Source of the DNA: an uncultured Zetaproteobacteria bacterium
GTDB taxonomy: Bacteria; Pseudomonadota; Zetaproteobacteria; Mariprofundales; Mariprofundaceae
Direction: 5' to 3'
DNA length: 64,000 nucleotides
Assembly: GCA_964553725.1 (NCBI GenBank)
Contig: CAZKME010000001.1
Coordinates: forward strand, 9,168 to 73,167
Shown here: positions 29,977-39,633 of the stretch, in pieces
Layout: the number at the start of each line of letters is the position of its first letter
Numbering within the stretch: the first letter of the stretch is position 1
The notes under the pieces: model-generated
The model's database searches: none
Told to the model about the DNA's origin: nothing
Seen by the model: the letters and a program-made list of their open reading frames with translations, nothing else
Program-made: the position numbers and the translations under genes

Positions 29977-30138
29977 AGAGCCACAGACAAAACTCGTGAG
30001 CGGCGATCAGCTTCCCCACGCTGGCCCATTTTCGGGTTGGTTGTCGATCCATGGAACCACCATGCATCTCATTCCAACCCGAAAATGGACTCAACGTGGG
30101 ATTGCCGCTAATCCACTCAGAGTTTTGTCTGTGGCTCT
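29977..30138. mobile_element. MITE-like element with perfect 19-bp TIRs (162 bp)
   Basis: AGAGCCACAGACAAAACTC (29977-29995) and its exact reverse complement (30120-30138); inner perfect 15-bp stem 30026-30040/30074-30088. Confidence 0.8.
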
Positions 30139-30165
30139 CATGTTAACAATACGCCCGACAGAAGT

Positions 30166-31443
30166 TCAGCTTTCTTCTCTGGCAACTGCGCGATAGCCGA
30201 TATCTTTTCTGTAAAATCCGCCCGGCCAGTCCAGCGCTTCCAGCGCATGATATACCGTTTGTTGTGCATCCCTGGCCGTAGCAGCTACTGCGGTCACGCC
30301 CAACACGCGTCCGCCCGCATTGACGATAGCACCATTTTTGATCGCTGTGCCAGCATGAAATACCGTGGTTCCGGCTGCCTCAACGGCATCGATACCGGCA
30401 ATAGGTTGCCCCTTTTCAAAGATGGCGGGATAACCGTCGGATGCAACCACCACGCACAGCGCCGTACCCGCATCCCATTCCAGTTCAATGCCATCGAGCC
30501 GTTTTTCAGCGGCGGCCAGCAACACGTCACCCAGATCGGATTTCAAACGGCACATCAATGGCTGACATTCCGGATCACCGAAACGGACATTAAACTCCAG
30601 CGCTTTCGGCCCGTCATCGGTCAACATTACACCGGCATACAGGGTGCCGATAAATTCAGCCCCCTTCTTTTTTAAAGCGGCAATAATGGGCCGCACAATG
30701 GTTTCCAACACGTCGTTGGCGACTGATTCTGTCACGCACGGGGCCGGAGAATACGCGCCCATGCCGCCGGTATTGGGGCCCAGATCGCCATCCAGCAGCG
30801 CTTTATGATCCTGAGAAGAATCCAGCGGCAGAATCGTATCGCCGGAAACAATAAACAAACAGCTCGCCTCTTCTCCGACCAGACACTCTTCGATAATAAC
30901 CTGTGAGCCGGCCTCGCCGAAGGCATTGCCGGAGAGCATGTCGCGCACAGCGTCCTCAGCCTCTTTCTCGCTTTGCGCCACAATCACGCCCTTGCCTGCC
31001 GCCAGGCCGGACGCCTTGACCACAATCGGCGTACCCCAGCTGCGAATCGTATCGATCGCCTCTTGCACATCGACATGCACTTCAAAACGCGCCGTCGGCA
31101 CGCCGGCCTCATACATCAGGCGCTTGGAAAATGATTTGCTGCCCTCCAGGTTGGCCGCTGCCTTATCCGGCCCGAACACGGCAAAGCCTTCCTCACGCAG
31201 CTTGTTGCCAAGCCCTGCCACCAGCGGCACTTCCGGCCCGACCACAACCAGATTCGGTTGTTCCGCCGCCGCCAGCGCCATCAGAGCTTCGATATCTTCA
31301 GCCCCGATCGGCACGCAACGCGCTTCGCTTGCAATGCCCGGATTCCCCGGTGCGCAAACCACATCGCTGACTGACGCCGAGCGTTTCAGTTTCCAGCATA
31401 ATGCATGCTCGCGACCACCGCCACCAACGACCAGAACTTTCAT
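30166..31443 (-). CDS. purD: Phosphoribosylamine--glycine ligase
   Basis: GGGGREHAL, LEGSK, KASGLAAGKGV, GPNTGGMGAYSP, EFNVRFGDPE. Confidence 0.98.
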   Translation of the reverse strand: MKVLVVGGGGREHALCWKLKRSASVSDVVCAPGNPGIASEARCVPIGAEDIEALMALAAAEQPNLVVVGPEVPLVAGLGNKLREEGFAVFGPDKAAANLEGSKSFSKRLMYEAGVPTARFEVHVDVQEAIDTIRSWGTPIVVKASGLAAGKGVIVAQSEKEAEDAVRDMLSGNAFGEAGSQVIIEECLVGEEASCLFIVSGDTILPLDSSQDHKALLDGDLGPNTGGMGAYSPAPCVTESVANDVLETIVRPIIAALKKKGAEFIGTLYAGVMLTDDGPKALEFNVRFGDPECQPLMCRLKSDLGDVLLAAAEKRLDGIELEWDAGTALCVVVASDGYPAIFEKGQPIAGIDAVEAAGTTVFHAGTAIKNGAIVNAGGRVLGVTAVAATARDAQQTVYHALEALDWPGGFYRKDIGYRAVAREES

Positions 31444-31573
31444 GGATACCTCATTGAACTGCTACATATCCTGTAGCAGAAACGGCAAGGCTAGGAGATT
31501 GCAAAACTTAGGCAAGTCGGTAGAGATATATTCTAGTCCGGGCTAGATCATTGTCCTGTTTGGGAGGTTTGAT

Positions 31574-32203
31574 TCACAGCTTGATGGCACCCCAGATAAA
31601 GGCGATTCGTACCAGTTGAGCGCTGTTTTTCAGGCCCAGCTTTTTCATGATACTGGTATGATGCGCACCCACGGTTTTGGCGCTCAAATGCAGCAGTTCG
31701 GCAATATTTACCACTGTCCGGCCTTCGGCCAGCATGGTGAACACTTCAAACTCGCGTCCTGTCAGCACCAGTAAGGGGTGCCGATCATTCAGCGTTTGCT
31801 CATGCAAACGTTCGCGTAGCCCCTGTTCGATATAGGGTTTTCCGCCGGCTACGGCCCTGACCGCATCTTGTAACTCACTATGGGCGGCGCTTTTGGAGAG
31901 ATAGCCTTTGGCACCGTTGTCCAGAGCGCGAACCACCATGGCCGGGTCATCATACATGCTCAGTACCAGAATTTTTGCGTTCTCATTGCGGTTGTGAATA
32001 CGGCGCAAAGTTGCCAGCCCGCCTTCGCCGGGCAACATCAAATCCAGCACCATGATATCCGGCTTGATTCGGAAGAACTCGCGGAAGCCCTCTTCGCCGG
32101 AGGGCGCTTCGGCCACCACGTTGAATTCATCACAGCTCTCCAGTAATTGCCGGATGCCTTCTCTTACGATGCTGTGATCGTCAACCAATAGTATTGAAAT
32201 CAA
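31574..32203 (-). CDS. NarL/UvrY-family response regulator (likely TTG start at 32203)
   Basis: ILLVDDH, VLDLMLPG, GAKGYLSK, LTGREFEVF HTH. Confidence 0.93.
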   Translation of the reverse strand: MISILLVDDHSIVREGIRQLLESCDEFNVVAEAPSGEEGFREFFRIKPDIMVLDLMLPGEGGLATLRRIHNRNENAKILVLSMYDDPAMVVRALDNGAKGYLSKSAAHSELQDAVRAVAGGKPYIEQGLRERLHEQTLNDRHPLLVLTGREFEVFTMLAEGRTVVNIAELLHLSAKTVGAHHTSIMKKLGLKNSAQLVRIAFIWGAIKL

Positions 32204-32317
32204 TAGCTGTAAATCCTTTTTACGTTCTACGCAAAACAAATTTGCGCCATCAGCGCCATGAATCATGATCAGGCCGGATGAAGAGTGCGAAACTAGAGCA
32301 ATATGTGCATGTTTTCT

Positions 32318-34057
32318 CTAAGGATTTTTCTTTAATTTCGACAACGGAATTCTGAATACAAGGCGGGTTCCGCCTTCGGGAATGAGGAATATCTCCAGCC
32401 TGCCGCCAAGCAGATAGATTCGCTCACGCATGCTGGTCAGTCCGTTGCCTATCATAACGTCCTGAATGTTTAAACCGCAACCGTTATCCTCAATGCTTAA
32501 TACAAGTCGGCTGGCTTTAAATGTGAAGCAAACACGCGCCTGCGTTGCGCCTGAATGGCGAACAATATTGGTCAAAGCTTCCTGTACGATGCGAAACAGG
32601 TGGATATTGGCAGGATCCGGTATTGGCAGCGCCAAACCTTGCACCGAAACCTCGGTCTTGATACGGGCGCTGTGCTGCCATTCCTCGCACAGGTCTTTGA
32701 CGGCTTCGAGTATACCCAGTTCTTCCAGATGAGCTGGTTTCAACTGTTGAAGTACGGCGCGCGTGGCGTCTTGCAGGCGCTCAGTGAATTGTTCAACCCT
32801 GTGGATTGACTCAAGCGCCGCGCCGCAATCGTGATGCTGACATTCTTGATCCGATAGTCGGGCCTGAATCTGAATGGCGGCCAGCACCTGGCCGAATTCA
32901 TCATGCAGGGTGCGGGCAATCTCGGTTCGCTCCAGCTCTCTGGCCTGCATCAGTTCTTGCGATAGCGCCCGTATCTGTTCCAGCAACAGAGCTTTGTTTG
33001 TGCGCATGCGAATCACCAGCGTGATCAACAGTGTTACCATGAATCCTGCCAATAACGCGGTCAGCAGAACCCTGTTGCGAATGGGGGCGACGGCAGTTTC
33101 AATCGAACTAACCGGGAATTTCGACACCACTTTCCAGTAAGCACTGTTGTTCTGTCCGGCCAGACTGAGATAACGCAGGGCGGAAAATGCAGCAAACGGA
33201 TGCACGGTGGCAAAGCTGATGATGTCGCCCTGATCTTCGAACTGGCCGCTTTCACTGCGCTGGATGCGCGCCCATATGGCGGGGTCGGTTTTGGCCATAC
33301 TTCGCGCCGCGCCGTCGCTGAACATAAACCCCCACGCCTGTTTCGGGTCCGGGTGGGATAGCCAGTAACCCTTGCTGTTGAGCAGCATCGACTGGCCGGC
33401 AGCCGGAGAACTCACCCGGCGATATCGATCCAGCATATCCTCGGCCTTGTGGTTGATAATCAGCACACCGGCCACCTTGCCATCCGATCTTGTCACCTTC
33501 AGGCCGAAGCGGATCACCGGCTTGAGCGGGCGCTCCAGCTTGCCGTACTCCTTATTCAAATCCAGCGGGGAGATATAGATTTCCCTGTTGCCGAGCGCCA
33601 TGGTTTTGCGGAAATAATAGGTGTCGCCCTTGAACTGCAAATCTTGATCGGGCGTGACAACAGGCCCGTCGGGTTCGCTGTCGACGCGCAGGCGTTCCAT
33701 GCCGGTTACATCAATAAAACGTATCTGATCAAACAGGTCGTTGTAGCGCATAAACGAATACAGATCATGGGCGAAGCTTTCGCGATCCCGGTCGGCCTTG
33801 ATCAGTCCGTGGGCCTGAATCTGATCGCGCAGAAAGGAGAGCGTATAGGCGATAAAACGCAGGTCAGTGGTTAATACGGTGGCCTGAATTTGCACAAGGT
33901 GCGCTTCTTCTGATGAAATGTCATCGCGTTCTTCGGCGACTCTCATTTGAAAGTAGGTGAGGGCTACGACGGCAATGAATATCGCCGCCAAAGCCGATGG
34001 CACCATTGATTTGAGCAAAATGGGTTGGAGTGAAAATAAATGCCTGAAGTCAGGCAT
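32318..34057 (-). CDS. Sensor histidine kinase with periplasmic dCache-like domain (HisKA_3)
   Basis: Two TMs flanking DQIRFID..G.E..RV...YYF...ISPLDLN.E.G...PVIRF; ERTEIARTLHDEFGQ, EALTNIVRHS, EDNGCG. Confidence 0.92.
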   Translation of the reverse strand: MPDFRHLFSLQPILLKSMVPSALAAIFIAVVALTYFQMRVAEERDDISSEEAHLVQIQATVLTTDLRFIAYTLSFLRDQIQAHGLIKADRDRESFAHDLYSFMRYNDLFDQIRFIDVTGMERLRVDSEPDGPVVTPDQDLQFKGDTYYFRKTMALGNREIYISPLDLNKEYGKLERPLKPVIRFGLKVTRSDGKVAGVLIINHKAEDMLDRYRRVSSPAAGQSMLLNSKGYWLSHPDPKQAWGFMFSDGAARSMAKTDPAIWARIQRSESGQFEDQGDIISFATVHPFAAFSALRYLSLAGQNNSAYWKVVSKFPVSSIETAVAPIRNRVLLTALLAGFMVTLLITLVIRMRTNKALLLEQIRALSQELMQARELERTEIARTLHDEFGQVLAAIQIQARLSDQECQHHDCGAALESIHRVEQFTERLQDATRAVLQQLKPAHLEELGILEAVKDLCEEWQHSARIKTEVSVQGLALPIPDPANIHLFRIVQEALTNIVRHSGATQARVCFTFKASRLVLSIEDNGCGLNIQDVMIGNGLTSMRERIYLLGGRLEIFLIPEGGTRLVFRIPLSKLKKNP

Positions 34058-34060
34058 GGG

Positions 34061-34549
34061 TTATCGAATCCGGGTAATCAGCGCGACGGCCTGAGCTGCA
34101 ATGCCTTCTTTTCTGCCGGTAAAGCCCAGCCATTCGGTCGTCGTCGCCTTGATATTGACTTCATCCTCGCTGACAAACAGGAGCCGGGCCAGTATTTTTT
34201 TCATTTCCGGCACATAGGGTGCGACTTTAGGCTCCTGTGCAATGATGGTGCAATCAATGTTGCCGACAGCCCAGCCCATGCGTTTGAGCTGGCCTACTGA
34301 CAAAGAAACAAATAAAGAGCTATCAGCATTTTCATAATTCGGATCATGGTCGGGAAAGTGGGAACCAATATCATTTAAACCCGCAGCGCCCAGCAGCGCA
34401 TCGCAAATGGCATGGCTTAACACATCGGCATCGGAATGGCCGCCCAAGCCCCGCTCATAGGGAATTTCAACGCCGCCCAGCACCAGCCGCCTGTTATCTA
34501 CAAACGGGTGTACATCAAAACCCTGGCCCACACGAATATTCAGTTTCAT
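34061..34549 (-). CDS. ispF: 2-C-methyl-D-erythritol 2,4-cyclodiphosphate synthase
   Basis: RVGQGFDVH, GHSDADV, DIGSHFPD, NIKATTTE.LGFTGR.EGI. Confidence 0.98.
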   Translation of the reverse strand: MKLNIRVGQGFDVHPFVDNRRLVLGGVEIPYERGLGGHSDADVLSHAICDALLGAAGLNDIGSHFPDHDPNYENADSSLFVSLSVGQLKRMGWAVGNIDCTIIAQEPKVAPYVPEMKKILARLLFVSEDEVNIKATTTEWLGFTGRKEGIAAQAVALITRIR

Positions 34550-34586
34550 TTCATCTCATCCCCCTTTCGTAGTGTGATCTGTGCTG

Positions 34587-34618
34587 ATTATAGGCTAATT
34601 GAGGAAAAAACTCAATTA
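34587..34618 (-). promoter_or_regulatory. Sigma70-like promoter TTGAGT-N17-TATAAT with an 8-7-8 palindrome over the -35
   Basis: -35 at 34615-34610, -10 at 34592-34587; TAATTGAG-N7-CTCAATTA at 34596-34618. Confidence 0.6.
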
Positions 34619-34650
34619 TTTTCAGGAAAATTCAGGCAGATTGGAAGTCA

Positions 34651-35355
34651 TTAATCGCTTTTTCCAGGATGCTTCAGTACTGATTCCAACCAGGCCAGAT
34701 CCGCCACCGTCGTAATCTTGCGATTATTGCTATCTCCCCGACTGACATAAACATCAAAGCCAGCCGCCTCAAGTAGCGAGGCGTCATCGGTGTGCAGGTG
34801 CAGGCGTTCCGACTCCAGCGCAATGGCTGTTTCAAACCAGTCGCGTCTTGCCACCTGCGGCGTTTGCACGGCCCGAAGCGTTTGACGATCCGGTGTTTCC
34901 ATCACTTTGCCGTTTGCATCCACCCGTTTGATGGTATCGTGAACCGGCAGTCCCGGAACCGCCGCACCGAAGCGTTCGGCCATATCCAGCACATCGGATA
35001 ATAACGCCTGCGATGGCAATGGCCGGGCCGCATCATGCACGGCTACCAGTTCGATATCGTGCGGCAATGCAGCCAAACCCCGTTGCATGGATATCGAGCG
35101 CTCGGCACCGCCGATGACCGGCGGTAAGATATGAAAGGGGAATGGTTTACCTGCAAGAAGCCGGGCAAACACATCATCACCTTTGGCAATCACCGGTTGC
35201 ACTACGCTGATGCGCGCCTCACGGGCCAGATGTGCCAGTGTATGCAATATAATCGCTTTGCCGCCCACCTCGACGTACTGTTTTGGAATATCTCCGCCAA
35301 AACGGCTGCCGCTGCCTGCGGCCAGTAATAAAACAGCTGTTTTCATGTCCGTCAT
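34651..35355 (-). CDS. ispD: 2-C-methyl-D-erythritol 4-phosphate cytidylyltransferase
   Basis: LAAGSGSRFG..PKQY, VHDAARP, VQTPQ, TDDASL, NRKITT. Confidence 0.96.
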   Translation of the reverse strand: MTDMKTAVLLLAAGSGSRFGGDIPKQYVEVGGKAIILHTLAHLAREARISVVQPVIAKGDDVFARLLAGKPFPFHILPPVIGGAERSISMQRGLAALPHDIELVAVHDAARPLPSQALLSDVLDMAERFGAAVPGLPVHDTIKRVDANGKVMETPDRQTLRAVQTPQVARRDWFETAIALESERLHLHTDDASLLEAAGFDVYVSRGDSNNRKITTVADLAWLESVLKHPGKSD

Positions 35356-35449
35356 TGTGTTGTTTTGCCGTACGGGGTCAATATCGGGGTGCCTTATGGA
35401 CAGGTCGGGGTACATTTTAATGCGATTTCCTTGGGGTTGAAGGTTTTTA

Positions 35450-35540
35450 ATCAGTGTTCATTCGTGAAATCAGTGGCAGGATTTTTTTGACTGAAAGGAC
35501 TTTAACCACTGATGCACACGAATATACACGAATAAACACG
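35450..35540. repeat. Imperfect inverted repeat made of ~10-bp ACACGAAT units
   Basis: Left arm ATCAGTGTTCATTCGTGAAATCAGTGG, right arm CCACTGATGCACACGAATATACACGAATAAACACG. Confidence 0.6.
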
Positions 35541-35600
35541 GTTGCCGGACTGGCGTCCAGCCGTAGCATGGGCGGCCAAACTAAAACCCTGAGGAACCCC

Positions 35601-38258
35601 ATGAGTCAGAACGCCGCAAATCAGAGTGAGCTAGCCAAAACCTATGATCCGCAGGCAGTTGAGCCTGCCATTAACGATCAGTGGCTGAATTCCGATGCAT
35701 TCAAGCCCGCTCAGGCTGACGACAGCTACAGCATTGTGATTCCGCCGCCGAATGTGACCGGCAGCTTGCACATGGGTCACGCCTTCACGTTTACTATTCA
35801 GGATACGCTGATTCGCTGGCAGCGCTTGCAGGGGAAATCCACGCTGTGGCAGCCGGGCACCGACCATGCCGGCATTGCCACGCAAATGGTGGTAGAGCGT
35901 ATTCTCGATAAAGAAGGAATTCACCGCAGGGATTTGGGCCGTGAGCGCTTTCTCGATCGTGTATGGGAATGGAAAGAGGAATCGGGCGGTACGATTGTCA
36001 ACCAGCTCAAGAAACTCGGTGCATCCTGCGACTGGTCGCGCGAGCGCTTTACGCTGGATGAAGGTTTGTCGCGTTCGGTGAAAGAAGTCTTTGTGCGCCT
36101 GTATGAAGAGGGCTTGATTTATCGCGGCAAGCGGTTGGTCAACTGGGATCCGGTGCTGGAAACAGCCGTATCCGATCTGGAAGTGGTGCATGAAGAGGAA
36201 CAAGGGCATTTTTGGCATATGTGTTATCCGCATGCCGATGATCCGACTAAACATGTGATTGTCGCCACCACGCGTCCGGAAACCATGTTTGGCGATGCTG
36301 CGGTAGCGGTGCATCCGGATGATGAACGTTATGCTGACCTGGTCGGCAAGCAGCTCATTCTGCCGCTGACAGGGCGCACCATTCCGGTCATTGCCGATGC
36401 CTATGTCGATCCCGAATTTGGCACCGGCTGTGTCAAAATTACACCGGCACATGATTTTAATGATTATGATATTGGTAAACGTCACGATTTGCCGTTAATC
36501 AACATCTTGACGCCGCAGGCGCATTTGCTTGACGATGCTGTTGTGCCGGAAAAATACCGGGGTATGGAGCGCTATGAAGCGCGTGAACATGTGGTCGCTG
36601 ATCTCGGTGCCGAAGGCCTGTTGCATAAAATCGAGGAGCACACGCATCAAATCGGGCGCGGTGATCGTTCGCATGCAGTGCTAGAGCCGTATTTAACCGA
36701 TCAATGGTATGTGGATATCAAGCCGCTGGCCGCGCCCGCTATCAAGGCGGTGGAAGATGGCGATATTCGTTTTGTGCCGCAGTTCTGGGAAAAGACCTAT
36801 TTTGAATGGATGCGCAATATTCAGGACTGGTGTATTTCCCGCCAGCTGTGGTGGGGCCATCGTATCCCGGCCTGGTATTGTGATGATTGCGACCATATCA
36901 CGGTCAGCCGCGAAACGCCGGACTGTTGTGAGGGCTGCGGCTCGAATCACATCCGCCAGGATGAGGATGTGCTCGATACATGGTTCTCTTCGGGGCTATG
37001 GCCATTTTCCACCCTGGGTTGGCCGGAAGAAACAGCAGAGATGGATAAATTCTATCCGACCAATGTATTGGTGACCGGCTTTGATATTATCTTCTTCTGG
37101 GTGGCCCGCATGATTATGATGGGTTTGAAGTTTACGGGGAAAGTTCCATTCAGGGATATTTATATCCATGCCCTGATTCGCGATGCCGATGGCCAGAAAA
37201 TGTCCAAATCCAAGGGTAATGTGATTGATCCGTTGGAGATGAGCGGTAAATACGGTGCCGATGCACTGCGTTTTACGCTGGCCCATATGGCAACACCGGG
37301 TCGGGATGTAAAGCTGGATGAATCACGCATTGAATCGAACCGTAACTTTATGAATAAAATCTGGAATGCTGCACGCTTCGTGTTTATGAATCGGGGCGAA
37401 GCTGTGCCGGATACGTCTGTGCGTCCTGCACTGGATGTGAACCGCTGGATTCTGGCCGAGCTGGATGCGACCACCCTTGAAGTGGATAAAGCGTTGTCGG
37501 AATATCGGTTCAATGAAGCGGCATCTGCTTTGTACAACTTTATATGGGGAACCTATTGCGACTGGTATGTCGAATCGGCCAAAGTATCCCTGTATGGCGA
37601 TGACGAAGCAGCCAAAATCGAAACACAAACCGTGATGCTGACTGCGTTGGAGGGCTGGCTGAAATTGCTGCATCCGATTTGCCCGTATATCACTGAAACA
37701 TTGTGGCAGAATCTACACGGGCCTGATGCGCGCTTGATTACAGCCGACTGGCACAGAACGCGTGATGATCACGATGGGGATGCTGCGCGTCGTATGCGCA
37801 AAGTGATTGACGTGGTGTCGGCGATTCGCTCGATTCGCGGTGAAATGAATGTGAATCCCGGAAAGCGTATTGAAGCGGTGATAGCCTGTAGCAAAAATGT
37901 ACGCGCTGATTTGGAAGCACAGCAGCCGTTGATGAGCAGTCTGGCCCGGCTGGAATCACTGAGCTGGCTGGATGCCGATTGCGAAGTGGATGGTGCAGCA
38001 GTCGCACCGCTTACTGATGCAACCGTGTATTTACCACTGGCCGGTTTGGTGAATATCGAAGAGGAACTGGCGCGCTTGCAGAAAAACATGTTCAAACTCG
38101 ATAAAGACATCGCCATGCGCAAAGGCAAGCTGTCAAATCCCGGATTCTGCGATAATGCGCCGGCAGATGTGGTGGCTAAAGTTCAGACTGAACTGAACGA
38201 GGCTAAAGCCAAACGGGATGAAATGGCGGCAGGGGAGGCGCGGCTGCGTCGCTTGTAA
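35601..38258 (+). CDS. valS: Valine--tRNA ligase
   Basis: PPPNVTGSLHMGH, DWCISRQLWWGH, KMSKS, C-terminal coiled coil; GAGGA SD before 35601. Confidence 0.98.
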   Translation: MSQNAANQSELAKTYDPQAVEPAINDQWLNSDAFKPAQADDSYSIVIPPPNVTGSLHMGHAFTFTIQDTLIRWQRLQGKSTLWQPGTDHAGIATQMVVERILDKEGIHRRDLGRERFLDRVWEWKEESGGTIVNQLKKLGASCDWSRERFTLDEGLSRSVKEVFVRLYEEGLIYRGKRLVNWDPVLETAVSDLEVVHEEEQGHFWHMCYPHADDPTKHVIVATTRPETMFGDAAVAVHPDDERYADLVGKQLILPLTGRTIPVIADAYVDPEFGTGCVKITPAHDFNDYDIGKRHDLPLINILTPQAHLLDDAVVPEKYRGMERYEAREHVVADLGAEGLLHKIEEHTHQIGRGDRSHAVLEPYLTDQWYVDIKPLAAPAIKAVEDGDIRFVPQFWEKTYFEWMRNIQDWCISRQLWWGHRIPAWYCDDCDHITVSRETPDCCEGCGSNHIRQDEDVLDTWFSSGLWPFSTLGWPEETAEMDKFYPTNVLVTGFDIIFFWVARMIMMGLKFTGKVPFRDIYIHALIRDADGQKMSKSKGNVIDPLEMSGKYGADALRFTLAHMATPGRDVKLDESRIESNRNFMNKIWNAARFVFMNRGEAVPDTSVRPALDVNRWILAELDATTLEVDKALSEYRFNEAASALYNFIWGTYCDWYVESAKVSLYGDDEAAKIETQTVMLTALEGWLKLLHPICPYITETLWQNLHGPDARLITADWHRTRDDHDGDAARRMRKVIDVVSAIRSIRGEMNVNPGKRIEAVIACSKNVRADLEAQQPLMSSLARLESLSWLDADCEVDGAAVAPLTDATVYLPLAGLVNIEEELARLQKNMFKLDKDIAMRKGKLSNPGFCDNAPADVVAKVQTELNEAKAKRDEMAAGEARLRRL

Positions 38259-38498
38259 GGGGATAACCAGCAATCACATTGACAAGGCTTCGTCCATTGA
38301 TATTGTCCGGCTCCATTCGGTGGCGAAAAAAGAAATGATGGTATAATATAACAGAAAACGCTCAGGTTGTTTCAGCGTCTATGTTATTACCGCATGGAAT
38401 TAGCCCTCTCGGTTCAAAATTCCCACCCTCGAATTGAAGCAAGGCGCGGTCATATAGACCAGACCTTTGATACCGATTTCCACCCATGTGGAACCAAG

Positions 38499-38612
38499 GT
38501 GTCGCCCGGGTCGGGCTCCGCACGGCGGACCCCTGTGAACCCCGTCAGATCCGGAAGGAAGCAGCGGCAGCAGGTTGATGCGCGTTGCGGATCTGTCCGG
38601 CCCGGGCGGCGC
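38499..38612 (+). ncRNA. ffs: Signal recognition particle RNA (small, 4.5S type)
   Basis: Conserved S-domain core GTGAACCCCGTCAGATCCGGAAGGAAGCAGCGG and closing stem GTCGCCCGGGTCGG/CCGGCCCGGGCGGC. Confidence 0.92.
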
Positions 38613-38693
38613 AGTTGATGGATACGAATTTTGGCGTTGCTTCGGATCATCCATGACCCTCAAGCCTTCGACTCTCTGCGCTAGCTCGGACTC

Positions 38694-38734
38694 TTGAATA
38701 ACAAAATGGAAGATTTTACCATTTTATTATTCAA
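38694..38734. terminator. 16-bp AT-rich hairpin between convergent ffs and folP
   Basis: TTGAATAACAAAATGG / CCATTTTATTATTCAA, 15/16 complementary, 9-nt loop. Confidence 0.45.
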
Positions 38735-38790
38735 TCGTTGGGTCGTTGTAACGCGACTTGCGTCGCTATTCATGAATAGCCCTGACCAGT

Positions 38791-39633
38791 TTACAATGCC
38801 CCTGCATTTAAAGCACAGGCAATCCGGATGGCCCGTCGTTGTTGCGCCACATCATGCACGCGCAACATGTCGGCTCCGCAGGCGATAGCGATAGCTCCGG
38901 CCACGGCAGTCTCGATTTCACGATCATCAACGACGGCACCGGTCAGTTGCCCCAGAAATGACTTTCGGGATATACCGAGCAACACAGGCATATTGAATGT
39001 GTCCTTGAATTGGGAAATAGCACGGATCAGGGCCAGATTATCCTGCAAACGTTTACCGAAACCGATACCTGGATCGAGAATCATTGAAGACGCCCGGATG
39101 CCGGCCTGCAAACAGACCTCAATACGCCGGGCAAAAAAATCGACTACGTTCTGAACCACATCAGCATATTCAGGCTGTTGCTGCATGGTTTCAGGCTTGC
39201 CCTGCATATGCATCAGACAAATATCCGCGCCAGCATCCGCCACAATAGACAGCGATTCGGCATCATGACGGAGTGCGCTGACATCATTGACCATGCTCGC
39301 CCCGGCTTTGATAGCCTGACGCATCACTTCCGCTTTCATGGTGTCGATAGAAACCGTACTGCCTTGTCTTGACAGTTCGCGAACCACCGGAATCACCCGC
39401 GCCAGTTCATCGGCCAGTGATACGGGTACTGCGCCGGGTCGGGTCGATTCGCCGCCCACATCAATGATGGCGGCACCCTGCTGATGCATCATCAAGCCAT
39501 GCGCGATGGCCGCATCAGGGTCAAAAAAACGGCCGCCGTCCGAAAACGAATCGGGGGTGCAATTCAGCACCCCCATAATCCACACATCGCCCGCTCTATC
39601 TTTCGGAACCGGGCGCTGCCAGCGCGATGGCAT
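38791..39633 (-). CDS. folP: Dihydropteroate synthase
   Basis: MGVLNCTPDSFSDGG, DVGGESTRPG, DPGIGFGK, SRKSF, RVHDV. Confidence 0.97.
   Translation of the reverse strand: MPSRWQRPVPKDRAGDVWIMGVLNCTPDSFSDGGRFFDPDAAIAHGLMMHQQGAAIIDVGGESTRPGAVPVSLADELARVIPVVRELSRQGSTVSIDTMKAEVMRQAIKAGASMVNDVSALRHDAESLSIVADAGADICLMHMQGKPETMQQQPEYADVVQNVVDFFARRIEVCLQAGIRASSMILDPGIGFGKRLQDNLALIRAISQFKDTFNMPVLLGISRKSFLGQLTGAVVDDREIETAVAGAIAIACGADMLRVHDVAQQRRAIRIACALNAGAL

Noticed and set aside
35454-35600. N-terminal extension of ValS
   Set aside because: Runs through an intergenic repeat; the SD and family similarity begin at 35601
35631-36485. 284-aa antisense ORF
   Set aside because: Lies wholly opposite valS and has no recognisable motifs; a codon-bias shadow
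38411-38430. GGTTCAAAATTCCCACCCTC resembles the T-arm and 3' end of tRNA-Ser upstream of ffs
   Set aside because: No acceptor stem, D-arm, anticodon arm or CCA can be built; at best a remnant or a chance match
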